Part shown: piece after piece, positions 12,228-24,819 of the stretch
Numbering within the stretch: the first letter of the stretch is position 1
Layout of the letters: each line of letters starts with the position of its first letter
Assembly: GCA_964016885.1 (NCBI GenBank)
Contig: OZ024740.1
Coordinates: 416,516,001 to 416,580,000 of the forward strand
DNA: 64,000 nt
Origin: Eledone cirrhosa
Taxonomy: Eukaryota
Direction: 5' to 3'
The notes under the pieces: model-generated
What the model saw: only the letters and a program-made list of their open reading frames with translations
The model's database searches: none
What the model was told of the DNA's origin: nothing
Position numbers and translations under genes: made by a program

Positions 12228-13990
12228 TAGCTAGACGTACTGGCTTATTCTTAGCTAGGAGATTTTGTTGTAGTTGCCTTATTAGTAAGAGGGCATCCAT
12301 TGTACTCCTCCGTGGTACAAACCGAACTACATCTCATTTAATTTGACTTTTTTCTTAATTAGTTTTGTTAGATATCTTTCTGCCACTTTCATAACTTGGG
12401 ACATTAATTTCATTGTAGTTTCTTCTTTCCAGAGCATCACATTTTACCTTGTAGCAATTGATGAGTATATTACTATAGCAGTGATTGGGTATGGCCCCTT
12501 CATGCATTACCTGATACATTATGTGGCTTTACCATTTTTCAACTCCTTGATTGCTTCTTTGACTCTATAACAGTCAATTTTGATAGCTGGTCCATTTGTT
12601 AGGTCTGATGGGGGTAGTCTCTCTTCCTCCACTCTTTCCCCACATTCATTAGCTTCTCATAATACCATTTCAAGACTTCTTTCTTTTGAGCATCAGTGGT
12701 GCTGTGCACCTTTGTCATTTCAAACACACTTCTCTCCCCCAACAACATCCTGATTCACACCAATACACTGCTTTGTGATCCTCACATGACAGGACATTGA
12801 CAAACCTGCTTTCAGCATCTTTGCATGCTATGTATACCTGTCATATAGCTTCTCTTTTAGCTATCTAGTATTGATCTTTGCTACCCCCCATTTTTTCATT
12901 CTTTCCATACCTTTTAATAGCTCTATCCATGGTGCTGGTGCTTTACTTCAGCCACAAGTCTCAACAGTTGCATTTAGTAACTTGTCCAGTAGGAACATAC
13001 AAGTGACCTCTATACCATATTTATCACTCCTCCTCCCTTTTATAATATGCACTACGGATTGCTTTTCTGAACCTATATTTAACAGAGAGGTCCTTTAGCT
13101 TCTATATTCTTTACTTACAGATTTTTCTGCATTTCTTGTTCAGTCATGTGTTTATTCTGTAGTCACTAATAACTAACTTATGTGTGGTGCATTCTTCTCC
13201 AAGGAAATACTTAGTATTTATAACCATTTATCTGTCTTGTTTTCTAACAAGTAAGAAGTCAATCTGACTTGTGTATTTGCCTGATTGGTATGTGATCAGG
13301 TGGCTGACTAGTTTCCTGAAGTTAGCGCTACAAATGGTTAGTTCATTTGCATCACAGAATTCTAGGAGCCTTGCACTCTCTTCATTTCTTGAATCATAAC
13401 CACAGCCATAACCACAATAATGTACTCCAGTGTAGCCATCTGGTGCTTCCCAAGATGTCCAATGAAGGCATCAGCTAGGATGATGAGATCTCTATCATAT
13501 GTAACTGTAGTTATCAGCAGGAGTTCCTCATAGAACCTGTCCTTCTGTTCTGTACTTAGACCTGCTTGTGGTGTGCAGGTAGAGATATTAGTTGTCAGTC
13601 TATTACCTATGATTATTCTAAACTTGATAATTCAGTCACTTACTCTAACTACTTCAGTTACCTTATGTTATCTGTCTACATTTCAGCTAGAAGATTGTCT
13701 ACATTATTACTATTTCTCACTCTCCTGTAGTAGATTGTCTACTCCACCTACCTCCTTGTCATTTCCTACCCAGAAAAGCTTGTATCTACTCTGTTTGCCT
13801 ATCAGTAGTCTTACTGAGGTACCCTTCAATCATACCTCTTGAACACAGCATACAATCACTCGTCTCCTTTCAAGTAAACAATTTCTTCAGAGAGTCCACA
13901 TTGAGTGTGGCACCCCTGAGACATATTACTTCACAGTGGTGTGTAGGTCATCATTTGGTTGTAGTTCTCTGTACTTGAAAGTAAATATGA
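12228..13990 (-). mobile_element. Degenerate RTE-clade LINE fragment (APE endonuclease plus start of RT)
   Basis: Minus-strand translation gives RNEES.RLLEFCDANELTICSANFRKLVSHLITYQSG (APE domain) and LNEM*FGFVPRRSTMDALLLIRQLQ (RT start), with many stops and frameshifts. Confidence 0.85.
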
Positions 13991-14259
13991 GGGTGCATGC
14001 GTTTGATGATGATAAAGGGGTTTGTCCTGCATACAACACTGTCCTGTTTTTTTTTGTTTTTTTTAATGTAAGTTTGATACTCTCAAAACAGTATAATATA
14101 ACAACACATGAAGTCATAAGGCTGGTTAAATTTGAGGTGCTATTGAAAGTCTATTGATAAATTGAATTTCAGGTTACAAGGGAAATAGTTCCTTTGTCAG
14201 ATTTATGCTACAATAATCAAGAAAAATAAAATTCTAAATTAAGACATAAATAAACTCAC

Positions 14260-14330
14260 CAAAGAGGACAGCAAAGTTAACACCAATATTTGAAGCCACA
14301 ATGTCGAATGATGAAGTTGTACTAGAGAAT
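14260..14330 (-). CDS. Internal exon (71 nt, phase 2 to phase 1) of an LBP/BPI-family gene: (L)FSSTTSSFDIVASNIGVNFAVLF(G)
   Basis: Poly-T + CTCTTGCAG acceptor and G|GTGAGT donor. Frame-compatible with the exon at 41782-41904. Matches the FD..V..I.....L.LG strand pattern of the BPI N-terminal domain. Confidence 0.85.
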
Positions 14331-14684
14331 CTGCAAGAGAAAAAAAAAAAAAATTCTTAACATTATTTAAAATCTCTCTCTCTTACACACATGATGCATA
14401 CACAAACATAATATATATATATATACATATATATATATACATATATACATAATATATACATATATACATATGTACATATATACATATGGTTGGCAATTTA
14501 AAACTCTACTTCGGAGATTTGATTCTGACTTAGTTTTCTATTTAATTGCCAACCTGTAGGTGTCGTTTTCCATACAGTAACGGTTAAACTCACATGTAAT
14601 AATTCTTTACACACATCTCACTGTGTAATATATTTGTATACACACATAAATTCTTTACACACATCTCTCTGTGTAATATATTTG

Positions 14685-14737
<53 letters not shown>

Positions 14738-14744
14738 GGTACTC

Positions 14745-15168
14745 AGTAACAGAGAAGACCCGCCTTACCTAAATACATAGTAAAACCTACTACAGCCAGT
14801 AGGCATCTCTAACAAAATACACCCCGTCCCACCACCCCACCCCATCCACACCACCCCCTTCTATGTAAAGTTATGTCGGTGCCACGCCATCCAGGCCGAA
14901 ACAAATGAGATCGTGTAGGTGTCACGACAAAAAAACACACAGTCCACACTGTAATGTGGCCGTGTAGGCAACACGGTAAAAACCTCCCAGACCCACACTG
15001 TAAATGTGGTTGGTGTTAGGAAGGGCATCCAACTGTAGAAAACCTGCCAGACAGTCCTATGCGAGCAAGACAATCACTCTTGCCTCAAGTGGGAATACCC
15101 CCGTCCAAACCCATGCAAGCGTGGAACACGGACGTTAAACGTTGATGATGATGATGATGATGATGATC
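14745..15168 (+). mobile_element. RTE LINE 3' end with (GAT)n tail
   Basis: Shares 3' UTR (GGTGTTAGGAAGGGCATCC..CCCATGCAAGCGTGG..ACGTTAAAC) and (GAT)n tail with the longer RTE copies. Confidence 0.85.
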
Positions 15169-15179
15169 ATATATATATA

Positions 15180-15256
15180 TTTGCTATAGCGTTCTTATAT
15201 ATTTGATATATATTTATCCTTATCGAACCCTCTTTGGATTTTAGTCTTCAAATTTA

Positions 15257-15301
<45 letters not shown>

Positions 15302-15474
15302 GTGGTTACACAACAGTTAGTTCACCAATTGTTTCACCTTCGCGGATCTTCAGCTCGGGATGTGTATGTTTATAGGAACAGGAAGGACAACCGTACGAAC
15401 GCGCATGCGCAGAAACTCGGTCACAAATTAAAGCAGCAATTCTTTGCTTAAACTTTAATCTGTTATTTTAATAA

Positions 15475-15478
<4 letters not shown>
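15180..15478 (-). mobile_element. PLE pseudo-LTR fragments between (TA)n tracts, with a damaged hammerhead at 15325-15358
   Basis: Homologous to 57470-57537 and 63030-63360. Minus strand reads GAG-CTGAAGA-TCCGCGAAGGT-GAAA-CAATTG, with the UH/stem I 3' arm deleted relative to the 57470 copy. Confidence 0.6.
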
Positions 15479-15562
<84 letters not shown>

Positions 15563-15639
15563 GCATGTAAATATATATATATATATACGCATGTGTGTAT
15601 ATATATATAAATAATTTATTATTGAACAAAACACAAGCT

Positions 15640-18429
15640 TGTAGTGAACTACATTCCGCGGGCTCACATACATTCTCTGTGCGTGATTTGGCTCAGTTCA
15701 GCTAATCAGCGCCAGTAGAAGAGGATGTATCCCTACGCGCCCTGAGGAAGAAATTCCCCGCGAGGATTTGAAGAATCTCTCTCTTGTACCAGAAACTTCG
15801 AGCCAGTAACACGCATGTTGTAACGGTGAGATTTTGCACCCTAGCCTCGCCGGCTTTTCGGCGCAATGGCACATTCCCTTTTGTAACCTCTTCTTATCTG
15901 TAACGTCAACCATATAAGTTAACAAACATTGTTTGTGCTACATCAAACATAAACATACATTTCATCCCTAATTTCTGCTGTTGAAATCATTTTTATGTTA
16001 CTCGTGTCTCAATAACATCTATAATCCATGCTGCTGGAATTGGCGACCTGACGAAAGGAATGTTGTAAATATAAAGATGGTAAATAGATCGAGGGACCTT
16101 CCCTCACGTCTATGTCGACAAGATAATCCAACGAGGATACTATCACTTACCACACTGGCAACTAACGACCCTTCATTCTACTACCCTGCTAAAGTGGTGA
16201 ACACGACGACTCATTCCATCCTGCTAAAGTGGTGACCGACGTAAGAATTTAACGCAGCCCTTCTTTTTTATTCAGTTGAACTTTTATTGCCACGTTGCCA
16301 ACCTTTTCGCAAATTGCGAAAATAAAAAATATTCCTTTTAAGATTTTTGAAAAATTAGCAGTATTTCAAAAACTTTTCGCCACGAAGAAATTTCAAAATG
16401 GCTACTGACAGGTCCTGTCTACGATCAACAAAGACAGCAGCAGCAGCGACAACATTGTTTAGCCACTGACCAAAACAGGGAATAGTGAGTGGCAGCTTCA
16501 TAGCCTTACCGACGCAAACCACCACACATCGGAAATTTCAGGACGGCTTGTAGCTTTACCGACGCAACCACCATACATACCTTCTGTCTCGTTACCACAG
16601 GGACTCGAGAAATTGAGACAGTAGTTTTCTCACCATTATGGCGTCAGACGTGGCTGCCATGTTTGGTGACTGCTACTCTACAGAAGATTCTTTGACTTTG
16701 CTTTAACAATAAGCAACACAACCGTGTGGCGGGACGTTAAAATGGCCACGAAAACTCACAAAAACACCATACATCTAACCCCTAACGGCATTAACAAACT
16801 TCTTTTTCAGTTTTCAGATAGAACTAGTGTCTGTACACTGGTGATGTGTGAACTATTTGACTTTGAAAAACTTTGAACTTATTGAGCAATTTCTCTGCTC
16901 CCTTAGATTGACTTTGAATTATCAGTTTGTTACATTCACATATTTCTTTGTAGAATGCATTTACTTGTTTTGTGTTCTTTTGCTATTTGCTTGCTCATGG
17001 TTTTTGTTCATTCACATTCTTTGCTGTTTTACATGCCTGCATATGCACACATTTTTTTTTGTCACACACCAACATGTTCTTGGTATATGTTCTTCAAACA
17101 TAATATTCTGCGAGTCCTTTTTCACCTGGTTGAGATGCTGTCACATGCTAGCAGCTCACAGAGCTTAATCCACTGGATTCAAACAGGCACCGCAACACGA
17201 GAATACTAATTGCAGCTGAACTCAAACAGCTTCGCATCTCGTTGCACACTGATCGTTCATGACGGCTATCCGTCTTGTTGTTTTTGCCCGACTCGCTGGG
17301 AAAGCAACACATTGAACTGGACTTGTCAGCATTTCGGCCACTTCTGTGGATTCGCCCGAATATGGAATTTACACTGCAACCCACCTACAGATTAAACTTG
17401 TTTTTTTTTTTCTTTACAAAGCAACCAGCCATTTTTTCCTGGCTCCACAGCACATTCGGCAATACATCTGGGAGGCCAACATTTTCTCGCCTACCCATCA
17501 TCTCCTTGCCAGCACTGCCATAATAGCTTCGTCCGCAGCTACTGGTGCAGCACTTGCCATTAACATTTAAAGCAAGAACAGCAACTTCGCCCATGTCAGA
17601 CTTTATCTGTTTTCTGGTAGGCCCTTGAGGGTCTCGTTTAAACTACAAAACAGCTAGTCATTTGACAGCGGCTCAACACGGCCCGTCGCGCTTAATTTTT
17701 TTTGTTCTTGCATGAATCTTTCTGCTCAATTATTTTTTCACTGATGTGCTCTTTCAGCATTTGTTCTTGCTGATTCAATGATGTGTGGGTCCTTGGTTTC
17801 TTCGTTATCGATTTTCGGCTGAAAATCTGCTCGGAGGTGATGTAGTGAACTACATTCCGCGGGCTCACATACATTCTCTGTGCGTGATTTGGCTCAGTTC
17901 AGCCAATCAGCGCCAGTAGAAGAGGATGTATCCCTACGCGCCCTGAGGAAGAAATTCCCCGCGAGGATTTGAAGAATCTCTCTCTTGTACCAGAAACTTC
18001 GAGCCAGCAACACGCATAATGTAACGGTGAGATTTTGCACCCTAGCCTCGCCGGCTTTTCGGCGCAATGGCACATTCCCTTTTGTAACCTCTTCTTATCT
18101 GTAACGTCAACCATATAAGTTAACAAACATTGTTTGTGCTACATCAAAAATAAACATACATTTCATCTCTAATTTCTGCTGTTGAAATCATTTTTATGTT
18201 ACTCGTGTCTCAATAACATCTATAATCCATGCTGCTGGAATTGGCGACCTAACGAAAGGAATGTTGTAAATAAAAAGATGGTAAATAGATCGAGAGACCT
18301 TCCCTCACGTCTATGTCGACAAGATAATCCAACGAGGATACTATCACTTACCACACTGGCAACTAACGACCCTTCATTCTACTACCCTGCTAAAGTGGTG
18401 AACACGACGACTCATTCCATCCTGCTAAA
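15640..18429 (+). mobile_element. Non-autonomous LTR retroelement: LTRs 15640-16228 and 17841-18429, tRNA-Trp-like PBS, 4-bp TSD AGCT
   Basis: Two 589-bp direct repeats starting TGTAGTG, with about 9 substitutions counted by eye. TGGTGACCGACGT follows the 5' LTR and purine-rich CGGAGGTGA precedes the 3' LTR. AGCT at 15636-15639 and 18430-18433. The 1.6 kb interior has no recognisable gag/pol. Confidence 0.88.
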
Positions 18430-18908
18430 AGCTGAACGACTAAAACACACAATAACAGTTAATATGAAAAGAACTACATACACAAAAGTGAACGAACTTT
18501 ACAGACAGAAACGCATTAACGGTAAGGAAGTCTGAAATCTCACGACACCAAACGAGGGGGATGACTTCATGAGCGTCATTCGACGTGAAACGAAATACGC
18601 CCGAAACGAATGCAATAGGCATTTCAATAAGAAATTAGAATGGATGAATAAGAAAAAAACTAGAAGAAAGAAAAATGGAATATTCACAAAAATACCCAGA
18701 TAACATCAACAATATCCGTATGACTGATGTAAAACTACCGGAAGAATTTACCAATGACCACACAGTAAATATTTATGGGAACACTTTAATCAGTGAACAA
18801 GAACAACAAATCCTGCAGCTACCACCAAAATTTGCCATCTACAAAAAGATTAACCCTATTGAGTGCAAAACGGAGCTGGAAAAGTGTTCACAAAAATACG
18901 TTAGAATG

Positions 18909-19729
18909 CAACACTACCTCTCCAATAATACCTCTCCTTCTCCAACAATACCTCTCCTTCACCAACACTACCTCTCCAATAATACCTCTCCTTCTCCAAC
19001 AATACCTCTCCTTCACCAACACTACCTCTCCAACAATAACTCTCCTTCACCAACACTACCTCTCCAACAATACCTCTCCTTCACCAACACTACCTCTCCA
19101 ACAATACGTCTCCTTCACCAACACTACCTCTCCAACAATACCTTTCCTTCACCAACACTACCTCTCCAACAATACCTCTCCTTCACCAACACTACCTCTC
19201 CAATACTACTTCTCCTTCACCAACACTACCTCTCCTTCACCAACACTACGTCTCCAACAATACCTCTCCTTCACCAACACTACCTCTCCAACAATACCTC
19301 TCCTTCACCAACACTACGTCTCCAACAATACGTCTCCTTCACCAACACTACCTCTCCAACAATACCTTTCCTTCACCAACACTACCTCTCCAACAATACC
19401 TCTCCTTCACCAACACTACCTCTCCAACACTACTTCTCCTTCACCAACACTACCTCTCCTTCACCAACTCTACCTCTCCAACAATACCTCTCCTTCACCA
19501 ACACTACCTCTCCAACACTACTTCTCCTTCACCAACACTACCTCTCCTTCACCAACTCTACCTCTCCAACAATACCTCTCCTTCACCAACACTACCTCTC
19601 CAACAATACCTCTCCTTCACCAACACTACCTCTCCAACAATACCTCTCCTTCACCAACACTACCTCTCCAACACTACCTCTCCTTCACCAACACTACCTC
19701 TCCAACAATACCTCTCCTTCACCAGCACT
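18909..19729. repeat. Inverted ~820 bp copy of the 1-12 kb satellite inside the PLE-1 ORF
   Basis: Units CAACACTACCTCTCCAACAATACCTCTCCTTCAC are the reverse complement of the left array. Confidence 0.97.
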
Positions 19730-21626
19730 TGTATGGGCTCCGCAAAGACCACAAGACAGTCGACGACCCGACAACAGGACCCCCAACAAGACCCGTATGC
19801 GAAGCTAATATAGCTAGCAACTACAGGATCTCCTACTTCCTCTCAATGGTTATACGCCCCATAATCAAGATGTCCCCAGATGTATGTGACAGTACAGAGG
19901 ACCTCCTCAGCAGAATCAGTGAGTGCAACAAAAACAGGAACCTATCCAACTGCATAATAGGCAGCATGGATGTGGTATCACTGTACCCATCCATTAACAT
20001 TGATTTTGCTGTGGAAAAATGTGTGGTGATGATCATTGAGAGTGAGGTGGAGTTCTGCGACGTCGACACAGACGAACTGGGCCTCCTACTTAGACTTAAC
20101 TACGACACTGACTATCTAGACAGCCATGACATTAGACGTTTCTGCCCCAGTAGACCCATAAGAGGTAAACCCCCCACCATAACCTCAATGGCAAAAAGAC
20201 TCCCATGGGAAGGTGGATTGGGTGGACCAAAGCTATACGGACCCCCCCAAAACAATGATCAGGTAAGAAAAATGGTCGCACATGCAATAGGGGCTAGTAT
20301 CAAAACTACCCTAAAGGGCCACATATTCAAGTTCAACGAGAAGATCTACACCCAAAATGAGGGAGCAGCCATTGGCGTCAGCATAGCTGGTGACGTTGCC
20401 AACCTTTTTATGGTATGGTGGGACTCAAAGATCTCCTTGATGAGAGCTCCATAGACCTCATCATGTACTCTCGTTACGTAGACGACATCAATATAATAAT
20501 AAGGACATCCCCACATCCTAACAAGTTTAATTTAGAACGTAGCACAATGGAAAGCATCCAGCAGATAGCTAATTCCATACACCAGAGTAAAACTGTAACT
20601 ATCGATTACCCTTCCAAACACCCTAACAATAGACGACCTGTATTAGACACAGAACTCTGGATTAACGCTATAGACGAGAGAGCCCAAATTCTCCACCCAC
20701 ACTATGCTAAACCCATGGCCTCCAAATACCTGATACTCAAAAACTCAGCAATGTCCAGTAGTGCTAAGTTTAATATTCTGATCGCAGACTTGGTACGAGT
20801 GATAAAGAACGTGTCCCGCATGTGCGACCCAACAGAAATGGAAAGACACATCCAACACTTCATCAACCGCATGCAGTTCTCTGGCTACAACCAAAGAGAC
20901 AGAATCAGAGTATACGAAGGAGCCACAGAGAAGTATAAGACCCTCATAGAACTGGACATGAAAGGAATTTGCCCATTATACAGCAGCAAATCAAGGAATA
21001 GCTTAGATAGGGCTAGACATAAGATAGGGAAAGCCACCTCATGGTACGACAACCAGAGATACCAGAGTGTCATGTTTGTGGACGCTACGCCTGGAGGGAA
21101 ATTAGCTAACCAGTGTAGAAAGGCCCTGAGAAAGACCCACTTAAAGATTAAGGTGGTAGAAAAGCCAGGAACCACCATAAAATCCCTGATCAGCAAAACC
21201 TACCCTTTTAAGAAAACCCACTGTACTAATAGGAAATGTATCATATGTAGAGTAAACCCCCGGATAAACTGTAAAACTAGAAACGTAGTCTATAGCATAA
21301 GATGTACAGAGGGTACTTGCAGAAATATGACAACAACATACATAGGCGAGACAGCTCGTAGTATAGGTGAAAGGATAGACCAACACTGGGGGGAAGTAAA
21401 AGGACGAAAAAACGGTTCAGTACTATACGAACATGCCAGACAACAACGCAACGGTAACATAGACAACATAGAAGTTAGAATAATATCTAAACATAGAAAT
21501 GACCCAGCAGATAGGCAAATCAGAGAGGTCAGCGAAATAGAACTTAGAAGGCCAAGGCTAAACAGAAAAAATGAATGGAATAACAACAACACCCAAACAA
21601 ACAACATTGACCTAAGAGAAGTATAA

Positions 21627-22218
21627 ATAGATATGTTTCTTTATTAGCCACAGGGGCACAAAAGAAGGGGACAAATACAAAGGGGGAAGTTTACATACAA
21701 TAAAAATGTGTAAAATATTATCACAAATGTAATTTAAAAATTAGTCGATTTTCCCCAATTGGGGGAGACAGTTCATATGGGTAACACATACCCCCGAAAA
21801 AAATGTGCAACCCTCATCTTCAGGAATACGAAGAGTTTGTACCCCTTTCCTCTCCTCCTCTTTTTCCTAAACCTACAGGCTGATATAGAGAGAAGGCCCA
21901 TTCACTCGGGCCATTCTCGCCACTTTCACCCACCTTTCATAAAACTTGCTGGGGTACAGCACCTCTCTCTCCATCCTGATTCTTCTTCCAAAGTGGTATT
22001 TGAAAAAAAGAATCAGTTGTTGGCCGGAGAGAAAGGTGTCTGACCTCAGCCCTTTCAACCTTGTCCACCATACAACCTCTTTCGCCATAGCTATCACACA
22101 AAGGAAAACCGCTTCTCCTTCGTTTTTGAAGGAGGGTGGCGGTTTGATCATGACAATGGACTCGGTGGTCAACCGGATTGGTCCCACCCGCGACAATAGT
22201 CGTTCTACATAGCCCCAC
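21627..22218 (-). mobile_element. L1/Tx1-like LINE 3' fragment (ORF2 C-terminus + 3' UTR)
   Basis: LWGYVERLL..FLCVIAMAKEVVWWTR..ERW resembles the L1/Tx1 ORF2 tail. AATAAA near the end. A similar 3' end occurs at ~47280. Confidence 0.7.
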
Positions 22219-24066
22219 AGGATGTTGTTGGAGATAAATGTGTCCGGGATGATGCCGGTGTACTTAGTGTCACGAATGATCAGAAAAAGGAGGCCTGGAA
22301 ATGTCATTATGAGAGACTGATGAATGTGGAGAACGAATGGGAGAGAGAGAAATTACCCTTAGTAGATCCGACAGAATTACCAGCTATTGAGATTGACGAA
22401 TATAGTGTCCAAGAGGCGATTAAGGATATGAAAAATGGTAAGGCTGCTGGACCATCGGGAATAGTTGCTGAGATGCTGAATGCATCAGGGGACGTAGGCA
22501 CTAAACTGGTTGCACGCATCATCAATCAGGCTATATATGGTGGTGTCATACCCAAAGACTGGTGCAGCAGTATTCTCATAAATTGCTACAAAGGTAAAGG
22601 GGGTGCTCTGGAGAGGAGCAATTATAGGGGTATAAAACTGATGGATCAGGTTATGAAAGTGGCAGAAAGGATATTAGCACAACTAATTAGAGAAAGGGTC
22701 AAACTAGATGAGATGCAGTTTGGTTTTGTGCCTGGGAAGAGTACAACAGATGCCCTCTTCTTGGTGAGACAATTGCAAGAGAGGTTCTTAGAGAAAAATA
22801 AGCCACTATACTACGCCTTTGTTGACCTAGAGAAGGCCTTTGATAGGGTACCCCGATCTCTCATCTGGTGGTCCCTAAGGAAGCTAGGTGTTGAGGAATG
22901 GCTTGTGAGGACAGTGCAAACTTTGTACAGAGGTACTCTCAGTAAAGTCAGGGTAGGAATGGAGTTTAGTGAGGAATTCCAGATACAAGTAGGAGTACAT
23001 CAAGGTTCGGTCCTCAGCCCGCTCTTGTTCATTATAGTCCTCCAAGCCATAACAGAGGAATTTAAGACTGGCTGTCCATCGGAACTTCTCTATGCTGACG
23101 ATCTGGTTCTTATAGCAGAATCAGTAGAGGAGCTAGAGAATAAATTCTGGCTATGGAAACAGCAGTTGGAAGCAAGAGGACTGAGAGTGAACCTAGCTAA
23201 GACAAAAGTGTTGAGTAGAAAAGAGGACAAAACCCTGATTCCGTCAGGGAAATGGCCATGCTCGATATGCAGAAAAGGAACTGGCATAAATTCTATAAAA
23301 TGCACACAATGAAGATCCTGGGTACACAAGAGATGTAGCGGGATAGCAGGCAAACTAACAGGGAGAGAGAAATATGTATGCAGTAGTTGTACAGGGAAAT
23401 TAGACAGTAGAAGTCGCATTGATAGACACATTTTTCAAATGCAGGAGGGCGCTATAGAAGTGGTGGATAGCTTCCGGTACCTAGGAGATCAGATTAGCAT
23501 GGGAGGAGGGTGTTCCGAGGCCATAGTATCTAGAATAAGGAAGGTTGGAAGAAGTTTAGGGAGCTGCTTCCTCTGCTGACGAAGAAGGGTTTCTCCCTGT
23601 GTACGAAAGGCCGGTTGTATGATGCCTGTGTGAGGAGCGCGATGCTGCATGGTAGTGAGACATGGGCAGCAACTGCAGAGGATATGCGACGGCTGGAGAG
23701 AAATGAGGCAAGCATGCTCCGTTGGATGTGCAGTGTAAATGTGCGTGAACGACCCAGCATAAATGTGTTGAGAGAGAAACTGTGTCTGAGAGGGATAGAA
23801 TGTAGTGTGCGGGAGAGGAGACTGAGGTGGTATGGACATGTGATGCGCATGGAGGATGACCAATGGGTGAAGAAGTGCCAGGAAATGCCAGTTGAAGGAA
23901 GACGTGGTAGAGATACACCACAAAAAAACATGGGTGGAGGTGGTGAGAACAGACCTCAGATCATTGAAGCTCACGGTGGAGATGACGAAGGACCGTGACG
24001 AGTGGAGAGATGCTGTGCTGAATAAGACCCGTCCCACCCTTGTAAGCAGGGAAAAACGGACGTAAA

Positions 24067-24107
<41 letters not shown>
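22219..24107 (+). mobile_element. RTE LINE, 5'-truncated (RT + PHD-like finger + C-terminus), (GAT)n tail
   Basis: NYRGIKL, QFGFVPGKST, FVDLEKAFDRVP, GVHQGSVLSP, LLYADD, C-terminal RRLRWYGHV. Contains a stop and frameshifts. Confidence 0.95.
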
Positions 24108-24131
24108 ATATATGCATATATATATGCATAT

Positions 24132-24716
24132 ATCATCATCATCACCATCATCTTCGTTTAATATCCGTTTTCCACGCTAGCATGGGTTTAGACGTTGTCC
24201 CACTTGAGGCAAGGCTGGTCGTGTGACCGTGTCTCGCTCATATAGGACTATCTGGCAGGTTTTCTACGGATGGAAAGCCTTCCTAACACCAACCACATTT
24301 ACAGTGTGGAATTGGGAACTTTTTACCGTGTTACCTACACGGCCACATTACAACGTGGACTGTGAGTGTTTTTTGTTGTGACACCTACATGATCTCGATC
24401 TCATTATCTCGTGCTGTTGGTGGGAGTGGGATGATAGGTTAGGGGTAGTGGAGTGGGGTGTATATTTGGTTAAGAGGTGCCTACTGACTGTAGGTTTCGC
24501 TTTGTACATAGGCAAGGCGGGTCTTCTGTATTACTGCGTAGCGCCAAAGATCTCGGCCCAGAGACATTGTCTTAGAGAGATGTAAGGTGTAAGGTCGGAA
24601 TTTATCAGATCATCCCAGGTTTTTCTGGGTCTACCTACTCCGTAACTACCATCAATTTTGATCGCCCTGCACTTTGTTATGCAGCTGTCGTCTTTCATGC
24701 GCATCACGTGACCACG
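24132..24716 (-). mobile_element. RTE LINE 3' fragment
   Basis: (CAT)n tail, shared 3' UTR and GHVMRMKDDSCI coding end. Confidence 0.9.
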
Positions 24717-24749
24717 CCAACGTCATATATATATATGCATATATATATA

Positions 24750-24818
<69 letters not shown>

Positions 24819-24819
24819 T

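Larger units (their letters stand above)
15610..21626 (+). mobile_element. Penelope-like element 1 (RT + Cys-rich linker + GIY-YIG; Neptune/Nematis-like), interrupted by an LTR element and a satellite tract
   Basis: RT motifs SMDVVSLYPSI, GAAIGVSIAG and YSRYVDD. GIY-YIG NVVYSIRC..YIGETARS.GERI.QH. The N-terminus LNKTQ|AERLKHTI is split by the LTR insertion and aligns to LTKKQADRLKRTL of element 2. Confidence 0.93.

Noticed and set aside
15640-18429. The 589-bp direct repeats as Penelope pLTRs containing hammerheads (CTGAGGA ~15742, CTGACGA ~16048)
   Set aside because: TGTAG start, PBS and TSD identify true LTRs that split the PLE ORF; no correctly placed GAAA/UH or stems follow these heptamers.
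23310-23312. In-frame TGA at a Cys position of the RTE finger as selenocysteine
   Set aside because: Other copies have a Cys codon, this copy has further lesions, and no SECIS was identified; a simple nonsense mutation is more likely.
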